44,692 nucleotides of DNA, from positions 1-44,692 of IMG/VR virus record IMGVR_UViG_3300046786_000935; one strand, given 5' to 3'. Positions 1-9,155 of this stretch are shown here, in pieces. A program made the position numbers and the translations under genes. Under the pieces are notes generated by a model, which worked only from the letters and a program-made list of their open reading frames with translations, was not told the DNA's origin and ran no database searches. Numbering within the stretch: position 1 is the stretch's first letter; each line of letters begins with the position of its first letter. Source of the stretch: a virus. Lineage: Duplodnaviria > Caudoviricetes.

Positions 1-73
1 CCCCTATACCCCGGTCCCCGGCCAACATGTGTAGGGGGTCCGGCACGAGATTTGCAGGCTTGACCCCCATGCA

Positions 74-139
74 GCCATTCAGAAATTTCTGGGGAATTTT
101 TGGGACTTGAAAGGGGAAGTGCCATTCAGAAATTTCTGG
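74..139. repeat. 19-bp direct repeat GCCATTCAGAAATTTCTGG (74-92, 121-139), each copy containing the palindrome CAGAAATTTCTG
   Basis: Exact copies 47 bp apart in non-coding DNA; partial AAATTTC cores also occur near 190 and 204. Confidence 0.85.
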
Positions 140-208
140 AAGTTTCCTGGGATGGGAGAGGGGGGTGGGAAAGCAAAATGGGGCTCCAAAAATTTCCGGG
201 GAGAAATT

Positions 209-826
209 TCAAGGGCATACCTGGAGGGTGATATGGGGTGGTGGTTGGTTGGTGGATGATGACTCCATGTAAGCGACCACGGCTTTGAGTTCTTGGAGTT
301 CGGCGTCAGATTTGAGGCGATTGGCTCTGTAGGAGATGATCCTGATATTGTCGGGGGTATAGCCCTTGGAGTTATCGAAGCGGTCGATGGAGGGGGAGTT
401 ATCGACTTGATCTCTCCCGCCACCAATTTCCAACTTGATTCCCAGGACGGGGCAATGGGAGGGGCAGTGGAGGTCTTTCTTGGAGATGGTGAAGGGGATG
501 CCCTTGGCTTTGGCACGGATGCGAGCTGCACGGAGCATTCTATCGAAGTAGTTGGTGATGTAGTCCTCTTGGGCACGGAGGATCATACAGGACTTGCACC
601 AGGACTTGTTGTGGTAGTAGAAGTCATGGTAGGCGTCCTTCTCTGTGTTACAGCGGACGCAGGTTCTTCTCTCCCCGATCATTGGGGGATTGAGTTTAGC
701 TTCCAGGCGGTGGTTGACCAACTGTTCTTTCCTGCACTTCTTGCAGGTAGATTTGTCGGCACCGTAGAAGTTTGAGGGATTGGATTCCTGGCAGATTTTG
801 CAGAGGTAGTTTTTTCTTGGTCTCAT
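209..826 (-). CDS. HNH homing endonuclease with N-terminal CxxC zinc-ribbon repeats
   Basis: CKIC/CKKC/CVRC/CKSC pairs, then CPVLG...SPSIDRFDNSKGYTPDNIRIISYRANRLK, typical of phage HNH nucleases. Confidence 0.8.
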   Translation of the reverse strand: MRPRKNYLCKICQESNPSNFYGADKSTCKKCRKEQLVNHRLEAKLNPPMIGERRTCVRCNTEKDAYHDFYYHNKSWCKSCMILRAQEDYITNYFDRMLRAARIRAKAKGIPFTISKKDLHCPSHCPVLGIKLEIGGGRDQVDNSPSIDRFDNSKGYTPDNIRIISYRANRLKSDAELQELKAVVAYMESSSTNQPPPHITLQVCP

Positions 827-858
827 ACCTCTGAGTCTAGCACACCTGGGAATACCAG

Positions 859-1371
859 TTAATTGAGTTTCTTGTCTGTGGGAGGACGAGAAGGGGGAGG
901 TGTTGGCTCTTCTTCCTCTTCTTCTGTGTCATCATGGATGACTTCCTTCTTCTGCGTCCCCATGTTGGTGGGGCGATTGGGGACGAAGTCGTAGATTTCC
1001 TCTCCACCATCTGGCCGACCGTCGTCATTGGCTGGCTTGGCGTCAAGTTTGATCTTGGTGATCTTCCTTGCCATGTTCCTGATTTCCTGGTAGCGATCCA
1101 GGCCGTGTTCAGCTTCGGAGATGGTCTGCTGGATGCTCTGGAAGAGGAGTCTGATGGCTGGGATGTCGAGCCCTTGGGGGGAGCTCATGAGGTTCTTCTT
1201 GAGGACTTCGAGGAAGTAGGTTGCTTGCTCGATGAACCCGAGGGTTGTCATCTTGCTTGCGAGGACTTCTGGAGCTGCCTCGGCGAGGATGTCTTCTCGC
1301 CTCATTCCCATTTGCTCAAGAATGTCGAAAAGTTGTGGTGGTGGTCCTGGTCGGTCTTTCCTGTCTGTCAC
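859..1371 (-). CDS. hypothetical protein (helical, acidic/Pro-rich C-terminus)
   Basis: 170-aa ORF, co-oriented with neighbours, AAGGA upstream of start. Confidence 0.6.
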   Translation of the reverse strand: MTDRKDRPGPPPQLFDILEQMGMRREDILAEAAPEVLASKMTTLGFIEQATYFLEVLKKNLMSSPQGLDIPAIRLLFQSIQQTISEAEHGLDRYQEIRNMARKITKIKLDAKPANDDGRPDGGEEIYDFVPNRPTNMGTQKKEVIHDDTEEEEEEPTPPPSRPPTDKKLN

Positions 1372-1374
1372 GGT

Positions 1375-1662
1375 TCAGTCCTTTTCTCTGGAGAGGATGA
1401 TGTTGTCGGTTGTGGTGTAGATGATCTCACTTGTGTTGAGACTTACAGCCTTCCAGAAACTAAAAGGCTGGTTGGGGAGAAAGTCAAGTAGGAGAATGGC
1501 ATCTTTGTCTTGAAGGCGAGAGAACTCCACTACACCATCAAAGGAGGAGGGGGGATTTCTCCAGAAGACCATTCCTCTATCAACCGGGTGACACTGTCCT
1601 GGGCGTGGGGAGAAGCGTTGCTTGTTCTTGGATTTCTTGGGGGATGGTGAGCAGGGTGCCAT
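1375..1662 (-). CDS. hypothetical protein (start uncertain, possibly 1572)
   Basis: Stop abuts the next gene; no recognisable motif. Confidence 0.35.
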   Translation of the reverse strand: MAPCSPSPKKSKNKQRFSPRPGQCHPVDRGMVFWRNPPSSFDGVVEFSRLQDKDAILLLDFLPNQPFSFWKAVSLNTSEIIYTTTDNIILSREKD

Positions 1663-1713
1663 TTCTTTTTTCTGTCTTGTCTTTTACGGGTCCCAGCAAC
1701 ATGATTACAGGTA

Positions 1714-2076
1714 ATGCAGCGCATTCCAGTTTATCCGCCAGGAACTATCGTTCAAGCCAAGGTGAGTGACATTGTAACCACCCCTAGCGACTTCGCCATT
1801 GGGTACAGAAATCCAATTTCCCCCTGGCTCGATCCCACCCTTGCCGTTGAGATGGTATTTCTCAATCATTTCAAGGGGATAATCACCGAGGTTGAGGACG
1901 CAAGAAATCGTCTCAAGGAAGTTCCGTTGGTCTACAAAGAGCTTTCACATCTCACCTCCTATCGGGTGAGGGTTGGCAATCACCAGTTTTGGTTTAGGTG
2001 GACCGAGCTTGAGGAAAGCAAGAATCCAAGGTGGAGTGAAGCTGTCAAAATGAGGGAAAAGGAAGTAAGGAAGTAA
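1714..2076 (+). CDS. hypothetical protein
   Basis: 120-aa ORF with TAATG coupling to the next ORF. Confidence 0.6.
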   Translation: MQRIPVYPPGTIVQAKVSDIVTTPSDFAIGYRNPISPWLDPTLAVEMVFLNHFKGIITEVEDARNRLKEVPLVYKELSHLTSYRVRVGNHQFWFRWTELEESKNPRWSEAVKMREKEVRK

Positions 2077-2348
2077 TGACTCTCCCACGTACACTTGGAA
2101 GGATGACAACCTGCGTTGACCGTGTTTTCCGGCCCATTGGGAATGGATTGTTCCAAGAGGTCTACATGCACTTCATCAAGTTCATGAACGAGGACGGAAC
2201 GACCAAGAACATGAAGCTCGAAAAGGAAGAGCTCAGAGGCATCTGGAGGGAGCCAAAGGCTGGCGAACGATCCAGGGAGGGTGAAACCACCTTCGTGTTC
2301 CCTGGGGACGCAAAGCCGCGCAGGCTCATCTGCATTCAGAGGGGATAG
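2076..2348 (+). CDS. hypothetical protein
   Basis: Coupled start; converges on the gene ending at 2350. Confidence 0.55.
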   Translation: MTLPRTLGRMTTCVDRVFRPIGNGLFQEVYMHFIKFMNEDGTTKNMKLEKEELRGIWREPKAGERSREGETTFVFPGDAKPRRLICIQRG

Positions 2349-2349
2349 C

Positions 2350-2670
2350 TCAACCTCTATCCAACTTCTTCTTGATGGACTTCCCAGCCACCTCGACACC
2401 CTCTGGAAGGGCGAGCTTGGGGCCAAGGGGGACGTTCTTCCGTTGTTCTCCAACGGACTTTACGATTGCTCGCATCACCTCTCCGTTTTCGAGCTCTAGC
2501 GCAAGCAAGCGGATCAGGAAGAGAATTTGGCGTTGACTAACGCCAAAGTTCTTGATCTCCATGAGGATGTTCCGGCATTCCTGCCGCTTCTCCTTTGGGA
2601 GCTCAAATTCGATGTTCGGTTCAATGTAGGTGGCGTTCTCGTCGTCTTCGCTGTTGTTACTCTGACTCAT
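2350..2670 (-). CDS. hypothetical protein (MSQSNNSEDD...)
   Basis: ATG at 2670 overlaps the end of the upstream gene and has an AGAGGA RBS; helical core GVSQRQILFLIRLLALELEN. Confidence 0.7.
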   Translation of the reverse strand: MSQSNNSEDDENATYIEPNIEFELPKEKRQECRNILMEIKNFGVSQRQILFLIRLLALELENGEVMRAIVKSVGEQRKNVPLGPKLALPEGVEVAGKSIKKKLDRG

Positions 2671-3133
2671 TGCCCATTTCCTCTTGAAAAGACTGGAATC
2701 TCCAAAGGGAAGTTCCAATGATCTGGACCATCTTCCCCACCAGGAACTCCTCAACCTGTTCCTTTTGGAGGATGACTGTTCTTCCCCAAAGTTGATGTTG
2801 AAAGATGAAGGCAAGCTCCTGATAGGTTGTGAGGTCCAGCTCATACCCACTCAACTCCTTCTGGAGTTTCTCTGGAAGGGAGCTCTTGATCTCCTCTGCT
2901 GTTGGGAGAGATGGAAGGGTATCTCTCTTCATGGTTGAAGAGATACCAACCTCCGTTACCTTGTGGATCATCCCGCAGTTGTTACACTGGGCAAAGGAGG
3001 GGATGATGTTGCCAACTTCGTCGATCTCCGAGAAGACCACGAAGTGGTGCCATACTGGCGGATCACTGTGCTTGAACTGCGGAAGTACGCAATTGCACTC
3101 AACGAGGTGTTTGGTGTATTCAACTGCTGGCAT
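2657..3133 (-). CDS. hypothetical Zn-binding protein
   Basis: HLVECNC ... QCNNCGMIH motifs; GAGGT RBS upstream. Confidence 0.7.
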   Translation of the reverse strand: MPAVEYTKHLVECNCVLPQFKHSDPPVWHHFVVFSEIDEVGNIIPSFAQCNNCGMIHKVTEVGISSTMKRDTLPSLPTAEEIKSSLPEKLQKELSGYELDLTTYQELAFIFQHQLWGRTVILQKEQVEEFLVGKMVQIIGTSLWRFQSFQEEMGNESE

Positions 3134-3240
3134 GTCTTACCTCAAGAAGTTCATGGCAGTAACAAAGCCGCCAAGCAAAAAAAGCGTCAAGGAAACGTCA
3201 AGGACAAGCTCCTTAAACTTCCGCTTCCTCTCGTCTTCCC

Positions 3241-3531
3241 TTACTTTTTCGACGACTTTCCACGGGGCAAAGGGTTTTCTTGCCCTGAGAACTCCGTGAT
3301 GGCCTTGTCCATGTCTTTCATGAACATGTCCAGGTGGCTGTACATGGCATCCATGGCAGCTCCCTTGGCAATGGCCAGGAGCCGGTCGGCAACCTGTCGA
3401 TCAATGTCGATCTGATTGCGACCGAGGTAAATCATCGTGCCGTCGTACATCTGCTCGGTGAGCATCTCCACGAACTTGTAGACACGGCTCTCGATTGCCG
3501 TCTCAAGCTTTTTGCGATCCATTTCGTCCAT
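3241..3531 (-). CDS. hypothetical protein
   Basis: 96-aa ORF within the minus-strand run. Confidence 0.65.
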   Translation of the reverse strand: MDEMDRKKLETAIESRVYKFVEMLTEQMYDGTMIYLGRNQIDIDRQVADRLLAIAKGAAMDAMYSHLDMFMKDMDKAITEFSGQENPLPRGKSSKK

Positions 3532-3570
3532 TTTCTTCTGAAACCCTTTCGGATTCCCAAGTGTATGAAC

Positions 3571-3837
3571 TTACCTTTCGAAATGGATGGATGAATCCTG
3601 ATATTCCTCAAAAGGCTTGAGGTGCATGGAATCCGCATAGTCGTCCAGCGCGATGATCTCCCCCTCGAAAAGAAAGTACAACCAACCATCGTCGTGCTCG
3701 ACGTACAAAAGAGGCGTCTTTGGTGGGATTGGTTGGACTAGATGCGGTTTTCCCGTGTAATGATAGACTTTTATGTCCGCAAAGTACAGTCGCCCTGGTT
3801 TAAGGTGCGGTGGCAGATAATGCGGTTTGGCTGTCAT
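3571..3837 (-). CDS. hypothetical protein
   Basis: ATGA overlap with the upstream endonuclease stop. Confidence 0.6.
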   Translation of the reverse strand: MTAKPHYLPPHLKPGRLYFADIKVYHYTGKPHLVQPIPPKTPLLYVEHDDGWLYFLFEGEIIALDDYADSMHLKPFEEYQDSSIHFER

Positions 3838-4661
3838 TTCGTGTGACGGTCAGCCACAGCATTGCTTTGCAAATACGAAATCATGCTCGAACATCTCATA
3901 TGGTCATCTTTCAAAAGGCCAATTGCCTTATTGCAAGCGTTGCAGAGTAAACCTCGAACCTTTCCAGTTTTATGACAATGGTCTACAACTATCTCAGATA
4001 GTGACACGCCTTCCTTGCAGACTGCACAGGCTTTATTCTGATTTTTGTACATTTTCACTTTATCAGCTTTAGTAAGCCCGTACTTGGAGATTAGATGTCG
4101 TTCCGCCGAGCAGTCTTTGCAGTATGGATGAATGCCAAGATAAGCAGTCCCACCATTGTGTTTCGCGTACTGTGTTAATGGGAGCATTTGCTGACACCTA
4201 GAACACTCACGGTGAGTAGGGTTACCTTCATCATCCGTAAGAATTGGAACCTTCCGTTGAGGACGAATACCTTTACCCCGACGATACAGTTCACTTCGGC
4301 GTCGTTTGCACTCCTTGCATTCACTATCATGTCCGAGAAAGCCAGAGGGAGAAATGTCATATTCATTTAGCGGTTTCAGGTAATTGCACTTTGAACACGC
4401 GCGACAAACAACATCTCCATCCAGAACAACTGGCTTTACAGGTGGTTTCACTCCCTTAGAACGCCTGATGGTTTCTGCCCTTTTAGCCTCACAGGCATTA
4501 CAATGATTATGCTTGCCAAGAAACGCACCGCGAAGATTTGGGAAGTTGTCAATCGCCTCCCAGCTTGAACATGCTGTGCAGCGCTTTTCGACAACCTTGC
4601 CATCTTCTTCGCGGTACTCGATTATGAGTTTTTTCTTGGTTGTGTAAGTGCGGTGCTCCAT
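3834..4661 (-). CDS. Endonuclease VII-type (HNH) homing endonuclease with repeated CxxC zinc ribbons
   Basis: C-terminal KYGLT...QNKACAVC...VVDHCHKTGKVRGLLCNACNKAIGLLKDD is the EndoVII signature; three N-terminal Zn-ribbon repeats; ATG 4661 lies 6 nt after TACTTA. Confidence 0.85.
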   Translation of the reverse strand: MEHRTYTTKKKLIIEYREEDGKVVEKRCTACSSWEAIDNFPNLRGAFLGKHNHCNACEAKRAETIRRSKGVKPPVKPVVLDGDVVCRACSKCNYLKPLNEYDISPSGFLGHDSECKECKRRRSELYRRGKGIRPQRKVPILTDDEGNPTHRECSRCQQMLPLTQYAKHNGGTAYLGIHPYCKDCSAERHLISKYGLTKADKVKMYKNQNKACAVCKEGVSLSEIVVDHCHKTGKVRGLLCNACNKAIGLLKDDHMRCSSMISYLQSNAVADRHTK

Positions 4662-4697
4662 ACTAAGTAAGTATGGAATTGCAGACACAAAAACAAA

Positions 4698-5246
4698 CTA
4701 TTTCGTGTGCCTATCTGCCACAGCATTAGCGACCCACGACTCCGGCTTGAGTACGCACTCGAAACCGCAAGCCTTGACCATGCCAGCAAGCTCGTCGGAG
4801 AACTCGGAGGTGAATTCCTTCTTGTCCTTGGTACTTGCGTCGATGTGGACCACCGGCAGGAGCCCCGTCTTCTCGAAGATGTCCATTGCTACCGTGATGG
4901 ATCGCTCCACCTCAGCGTACATCCTGAGCTTCTGGTTGCCCTTGACTCGCTTGCCCTTCCCGGCCTGAACGAAGTTTGTCCTGGGGACAAAGTGTTCGTT
5001 GTACCGGTAGTTGCCACCCTTGCCGATCTTACGAAGACAGACAACGGTGATGAAGCAGAACTGGCGTCCACGCATTTGCGAGTCCGAGCCGACAATCAGC
5101 TCGTAGCTGTTGTCCTTGTCGGCATTGGCTGCTGTGATCCACTCCAACATCTCTGCTGCTGTGGTGCGCTTGCCGTCTGCATTTTTCCAAACGCCCTCGA
5201 CTACCGAGGTTGGATCTGTCGTCACTTCTGTCGTTGCCGTGTCCAT
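4698..5246 (-). CDS. RNase H-like protein, YkuK (DUF458) family
   Basis: IVGSDSQ ... KGG ... LRMYAEVERS ... VHID ... KPESWVANAVADRHTK. Confidence 0.85.
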   Translation of the reverse strand: MDTATTEVTTDPTSVVEGVWKNADGKRTTAAEMLEWITAANADKDNSYELIVGSDSQMRGRQFCFITVVCLRKIGKGGNYRYNEHFVPRTNFVQAGKGKRVKGNQKLRMYAEVERSITVAMDIFEKTGLLPVVHIDASTKDKKEFTSEFSDELAGMVKACGFECVLKPESWVANAVADRHTK

Positions 5247-5328
5247 GTTCTCTCTTCTCTTTCTCTATTCAGGCTAAGGTATTCATCTGACTTTACTGTA
5301 GGTATTGGGATGATTTGTGGGGTCGGTC

Positions 5329-6135
5329 TTAACTAGGAAGTTGGCCTTGTAGAGTACCTGCGAGCTTCCAACCTTTGTGAGAAGCTCTTTTCCCGGTAAT
5401 AACGAACCTCAATCCTGCCACAGACAGGCCATGTGTTTTGGCAAAATCTGCTAGACCAACTATTTCAGTGTATAGCACACCATCAGGAGAAATCAAGCTC
5501 GTTTGATAGGTTTTGCACAATTTCAAACGAACTGCTTCAGGCATTGGATGTGACTTGCCCATCTTGGCTTCAGCTATTTTCCTGCCAATTTCAGGTGCGC
5601 GCTTGATACCTTTTCCGCGTCCTTTGGACGCTACCCCGATTTTCTCCTTGTGTGCCGCAGAAAGTTTCTTCCCTTTGTGACTTTCACTGATTCGAGCATT
5701 CCACTCAGGTGAGTGTTTTTTGCCTTTGGCTGCTTTTGACTTTTTGTCAAATGTGACAAACGGGTTCTTTGATGGAACGTCCTCTCTTGAGAGGATAGCT
5801 TTCCGCTGTAGATTATAGCACTGATTCCCACCATCAAAGTAGCGGTCAATCCACTCCTGTTCCGCAATCTTGCGCTCTTCCTTGGTTGCGTTTTCCATTA
5901 ATTGGATCACATGGAACTCAAGGAAGTCGTCGTGCCCAAGCTCCTCCTTGCACTTATTGAAGTCAGCTTGGAGAAACTTGTTTTTATGCTTCCCAGCTTC
6001 CAAAGATCGTGCATGTCCATGCTGCCATCTGGTTTTGAATCTCGCTGCCGAACCAATGTAGATTCGGCCACTGTGGCAGTTGACAATCTTGTAGATGCCA
6101 CCTTTGAGCGAATTGCCTTCATAGTTCAACTTCAC
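5329..6135 (-). CDS. GIY-YIG homing endonuclease with NUMOD3-like repeats
   Basis: GGIYKIVN...RIYIGSA...RW..H; KKHSPEWNARISESHKGKKLSAAHKEKI repeats; GTG 6135 lies 5 nt after TACTTA. Confidence 0.85.
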   Translation of the reverse strand: MKLNYEGNSLKGGIYKIVNCHSGRIYIGSAARFKTRWQHGHARSLEAGKHKNKFLQADFNKCKEELGHDDFLEFHVIQLMENATKEERKIAEQEWIDRYFDGGNQCYNLQRKAILSREDVPSKNPFVTFDKKSKAAKGKKHSPEWNARISESHKGKKLSAAHKEKIGVASKGRGKGIKRAPEIGRKIAEAKMGKSHPMPEAVRLKLCKTYQTSLISPDGVLYTEIVGLADFAKTHGLSVAGLRFVITGKRASHKGWKLAGTLQGQLPS

Positions 6136-6164
6136 CAAAGTAAGTATGAAACAGAGGGCACGTT

Positions 6165-6827
6165 TCACCTGACTTTGACGTAAGTATTTGGGTGTCCGGG
6201 GACTCTAACCAAAAAATTGGAGCGGACGTACTGACACAAATAGCCGCGGCACATTCCGGGCCTCTGTTCGTAAATCTGGCACTTCCCGTTGACTGTGTTC
6301 AAGAACTTGCAGGCGAATCTAGGTCCGTTGATCTGGAAGCGCAAGATGGGGTAGGTATCTTTTGAGAAGAAAACTTGCTTTCTGGCACCCTCAAAGAACT
6401 TTTCCCCAATCAGCTTGCCCTCTTCGAAGTCAATGACAAGGTCCGCCCTGGTGGTTGGAATCCCCTTTTTGGCAAACCAAGCTATGGTGCTCTCGATCCA
6501 CTTCTCATCCACGGGACCCAGGACGTGCTCCATGTCCTCCATGTCCATTTGACAACAGGCAGAGTAGACACCCTCCACCCCACAGCAGTTCCCAAGGCAC
6601 ACATTGTGAGCTACTGTATCCGTGAATTGTGGTCTGGAATCTGCAACGGGCCACTGGGTTGGATCGTTGAGGTGCAAGACAGGGAGGTAGAAGCGGTTCC
6701 GCTTCAAGGTCTGCCTTTTTTTGAGCCCTCCGATGTGGCTCATGAACTTCTTCTTTTCCTCCACAACTTTAGAGCCCTGAAGTTCCTCCAGGTCTTTCAG
6801 CGACAAGGTTTTCGGTTTGATTTCCAT
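6165..6827 (-). CDS. YkgJ/UPF0153-family cysteine-cluster (Fe-S/Zn) protein
   Basis: CLGNCC...ACC and CKFL...KCQIYEQRPGMCRGYLC. Confidence 0.75.
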   Translation of the reverse strand: MEIKPKTLSLKDLEELQGSKVVEEKKKFMSHIGGLKKRQTLKRNRFYLPVLHLNDPTQWPVADSRPQFTDTVAHNVCLGNCCGVEGVYSACCQMDMEDMEHVLGPVDEKWIESTIAWFAKKGIPTTRADLVIDFEEGKLIGEKFFEGARKQVFFSKDTYPILRFQINGPRFACKFLNTVNGKCQIYEQRPGMCRGYLCQYVRSNFLVRVPGHPNTYVKVR

Positions 6828-6878
6828 ACAGTGCCTCTAATCCGTCCTATTTACCATCGTATCACGACTGGAGCAGAA

Positions 6879-7670
6879 ATGAGCAGCGAAACATCCTTGT
6901 CCCTCAAAGAAGAGTATGCCATGAGAAAGGCCGAAGAAACAGCCAAGGCTTTCTCTGAGGCTAAGCAGCTCTTGGAGAGTTACTACCTCATTTTTGAGCG
7001 CCTTGATACTGCTACCATCGCACAAATCGTGGACTCCATGGCAGCAGTCGAGGATTCCCTGGCTCCTTTCCTTCCAAAGCTCCCAAGCGTGAAGTCTGGC
7101 CTGGATGCCGCCGAGGCTGAGCTCACAAAGCTTATTTCTGGAGCAGCCGGTGGCGATCCCAGGAAGCTTTCTCCGATGCTCGGCAAGGCATTGGGCTTCT
7201 ACCAGCACCTTTCCTCTTTCCTTCGCCAGGACCTTCCAGTTCTCCTGCGATCGAGATTGGTTGCTCAAGCAAAGAGCAACCCGGAGAATTCAGTTGGGCC
7301 AAAGTTGATCCCTGTCTTCAAGCAAGCCTTGGCTCAAGAGAAGACCGGTGGCTTCCTCAAGAGGCTGTTCTCCAGCTCGAACATTCCATACATCAACAAC
7401 GACTCCCTTGCCTCTGAGCTTGCAACGCTGACCTTCAATGAGCTGACCCAGCTTTCTCAGGTTGGCAAGACACCAGCGGTTATGCCACAGGCAACCATCG
7501 ACAAGATGGCAGCCCAAGCAGCAGGTGAGCCTTCTGGCGGACAAGCCCCAGCAGCCCCTCCAGCAGCCCCAGGAAAGGGAGATGTGAGGACCAAGGTACA
7601 GAAAGCCTTGGCTCCTTGGATCACGGCTCCTGAAGCCATTGACGCCGTTGTGAAGGCAGTCAGTCAGTAA
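6879..7670 (+). CDS. hypothetical helical protein, probably late/virion-associated
   Basis: GGAG RBS before ATG 6879; TATTTA at 6848-6853; LKEE near the N-terminus. Confidence 0.7.
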   Translation: MSSETSLSLKEEYAMRKAEETAKAFSEAKQLLESYYLIFERLDTATIAQIVDSMAAVEDSLAPFLPKLPSVKSGLDAAEAELTKLISGAAGGDPRKLSPMLGKALGFYQHLSSFLRQDLPVLLRSRLVAQAKSNPENSVGPKLIPVFKQALAQEKTGGFLKRLFSSSNIPYINNDSLASELATLTFNELTQLSQVGKTPAVMPQATIDKMAAQAAGEPSGGQAPAAPPAAPGKGDVRTKVQKALAPWITAPEAIDAVVKAVSQ

Positions 7671-9081
7671 GTACCACAAGCCCGCCAGTTGTCATCAAGC
7701 TGATGACAGCTTTCCCTGCCAAGTAGATGCTTGCCCAAAGGGACAAAGCTGGGAGGGTTCCAAACTCTTCGTCAAAGGAAAGCAGGGTGCGGTAGAAAGC
7801 TGCTTCCAGCTCGTCACCGAGCTCTTTGGCGAATGTCTCCTCTTTGGTATAACCAAAGGAAAGCATGTCGCTATAGTCAACGACCCCATGGGTAAGCAAG
7901 GTTTTGGCGTGACGGAGAGCAACGTCAATTCGGACCTTGGTGCTTTCCCGTTTTGATGGGGTCATGTTGGGAAGGCGAAGTGCAACGGAGGCTGCGATCA
8001 GTCCTTGAATTCTCTTGTCTGTGAGATCGGACAGGTCAGATACACTTTGCTGGTCCCTCCTTTTCTCCAGGAGCATCCTGATTTGGTTGGAAACGCCTCT
8101 TCGAGTTTTTGCGTTCTCAACGTTCAATTCCCTGGGAGTGAGTTTGACCTTTTCCACGGTTGGGAGAGAGTCAAAGGACTTGAGATAAACCAAATCACCC
8201 TTGAGCGTAGAGATCACCTCAGCGCCGCAAACCACGGCAATGTCATTCAAGACGTTCAGGGAGTCAAGTTCCGTTGTCAAGCGGACAGGCATGATGTTGA
8301 ACTTACCGTGGTCAACGTTCACCTTGATCGTTGAGATCACCTCTTCACTGAATCCATGAGCCAAAAGGAGAACAGGAATCTTGGTCTCCATGGCTCCATT
8401 GAGGATTTTGTCAATTTCGCTCACCTGTTCAAGGACTCCGTCGACCAGCATGACCTTGGGATTGGAGACTTCCCAAACTCCTGACTGGGGAATGAAGAAC
8501 TTGAATGGCTTCACGGCACTGAAGAAGTAACCTGACTTCTGCTCCACAACGTAGGAGTTCGAGATGCTGTCCTCAATGTGAATCTTCCCCTCAAGTCCAC
8601 AAACAGTGATCGCTTGCAGAATAGCCTCGCAAAGCTCCTTGTCGTCGGAGATTCTCCTGATGTCCCCCTTGAGAGCTTCTTCGCTGATATGCTTGCTGTG
8701 CTCGGCAATGGCTTTGTTCAACCGGAGTGTTGCCCTCTCGAACACCTTCATCAAGTCAACCTCATTTCTCTGAGAAAGGTTCGGCACCTTCATGAGCTGG
8801 CTGATGAACTCGTTGGCGAACCTCACAGCAAGGTAAGCGCTCCCTGCTGAGAGCATCTCACTTTGGTAGGCAGCCTGGAAAAGCAACATGTAAAGTGTCC
8901 GCTCTACCCTGTTACTCGGCTCAAGCACTTTTGTAAGGAAGTGATACGTCTCTTTGTTCAGGGGATAACCCTGCGAACTGAGAGCTACCTTGATCCTCCC
9001 CAGGGTATTTTTCATTTTTTCATTGGCCTGTTGGATGCTGGGGAGCAAGGTCGGACCATCGAGAAAGGAAGACGTTGTCAT
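7660..9081 (-). CDS. divergent GroEL/cpn60-like chaperonin
   Basis: Apical-domain match: KVMLVDGVLEQVSEIDKIL...PVLLLAHGFSEEVISTIKVN...LNDIAVVCGAEVIS; canonical GDGTTT motif absent. Confidence 0.75.
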   Translation of the reverse strand: MTTSSFLDGPTLLPSIQQANEKMKNTLGRIKVALSSQGYPLNKETYHFLTKVLEPSNRVERTLYMLLFQAAYQSEMLSAGSAYLAVRFANEFISQLMKVPNLSQRNEVDLMKVFERATLRLNKAIAEHSKHISEEALKGDIRRISDDKELCEAILQAITVCGLEGKIHIEDSISNSYVVEQKSGYFFSAVKPFKFFIPQSGVWEVSNPKVMLVDGVLEQVSEIDKILNGAMETKIPVLLLAHGFSEEVISTIKVNVDHGKFNIMPVRLTTELDSLNVLNDIAVVCGAEVISTLKGDLVYLKSFDSLPTVEKVKLTPRELNVENAKTRRGVSNQIRMLLEKRRDQQSVSDLSDLTDKRIQGLIAASVALRLPNMTPSKRESTKVRIDVALRHAKTLLTHGVVDYSDMLSFGYTKEETFAKELGDELEAAFYRTLLSFDEEFGTLPALSLWASIYLAGKAVISLMTTGGLVVLTD

Positions 9082-9155
9082 TTTATCCTTAGTTTCCTAC
9101 TTATTCAAAGTTGGCTCCTGAGCCAACAGCGTGATTTTTACGCGGGGAGAGAAGC

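Noticed and set aside
2076-2348. Possible member of the mini-ORF family (RMTTCVDRVFRPI)
   Set aside because: It lacks the F-R-x-T core and the resemblance to the capsid VRRVF segment is too weak.
6375-6878. N-terminal extension of the 431-aa plus-strand ORF
   Set aside because: It overlaps the YkgJ gene on the other strand. The RBS and TATTTA element support a start at 6879.
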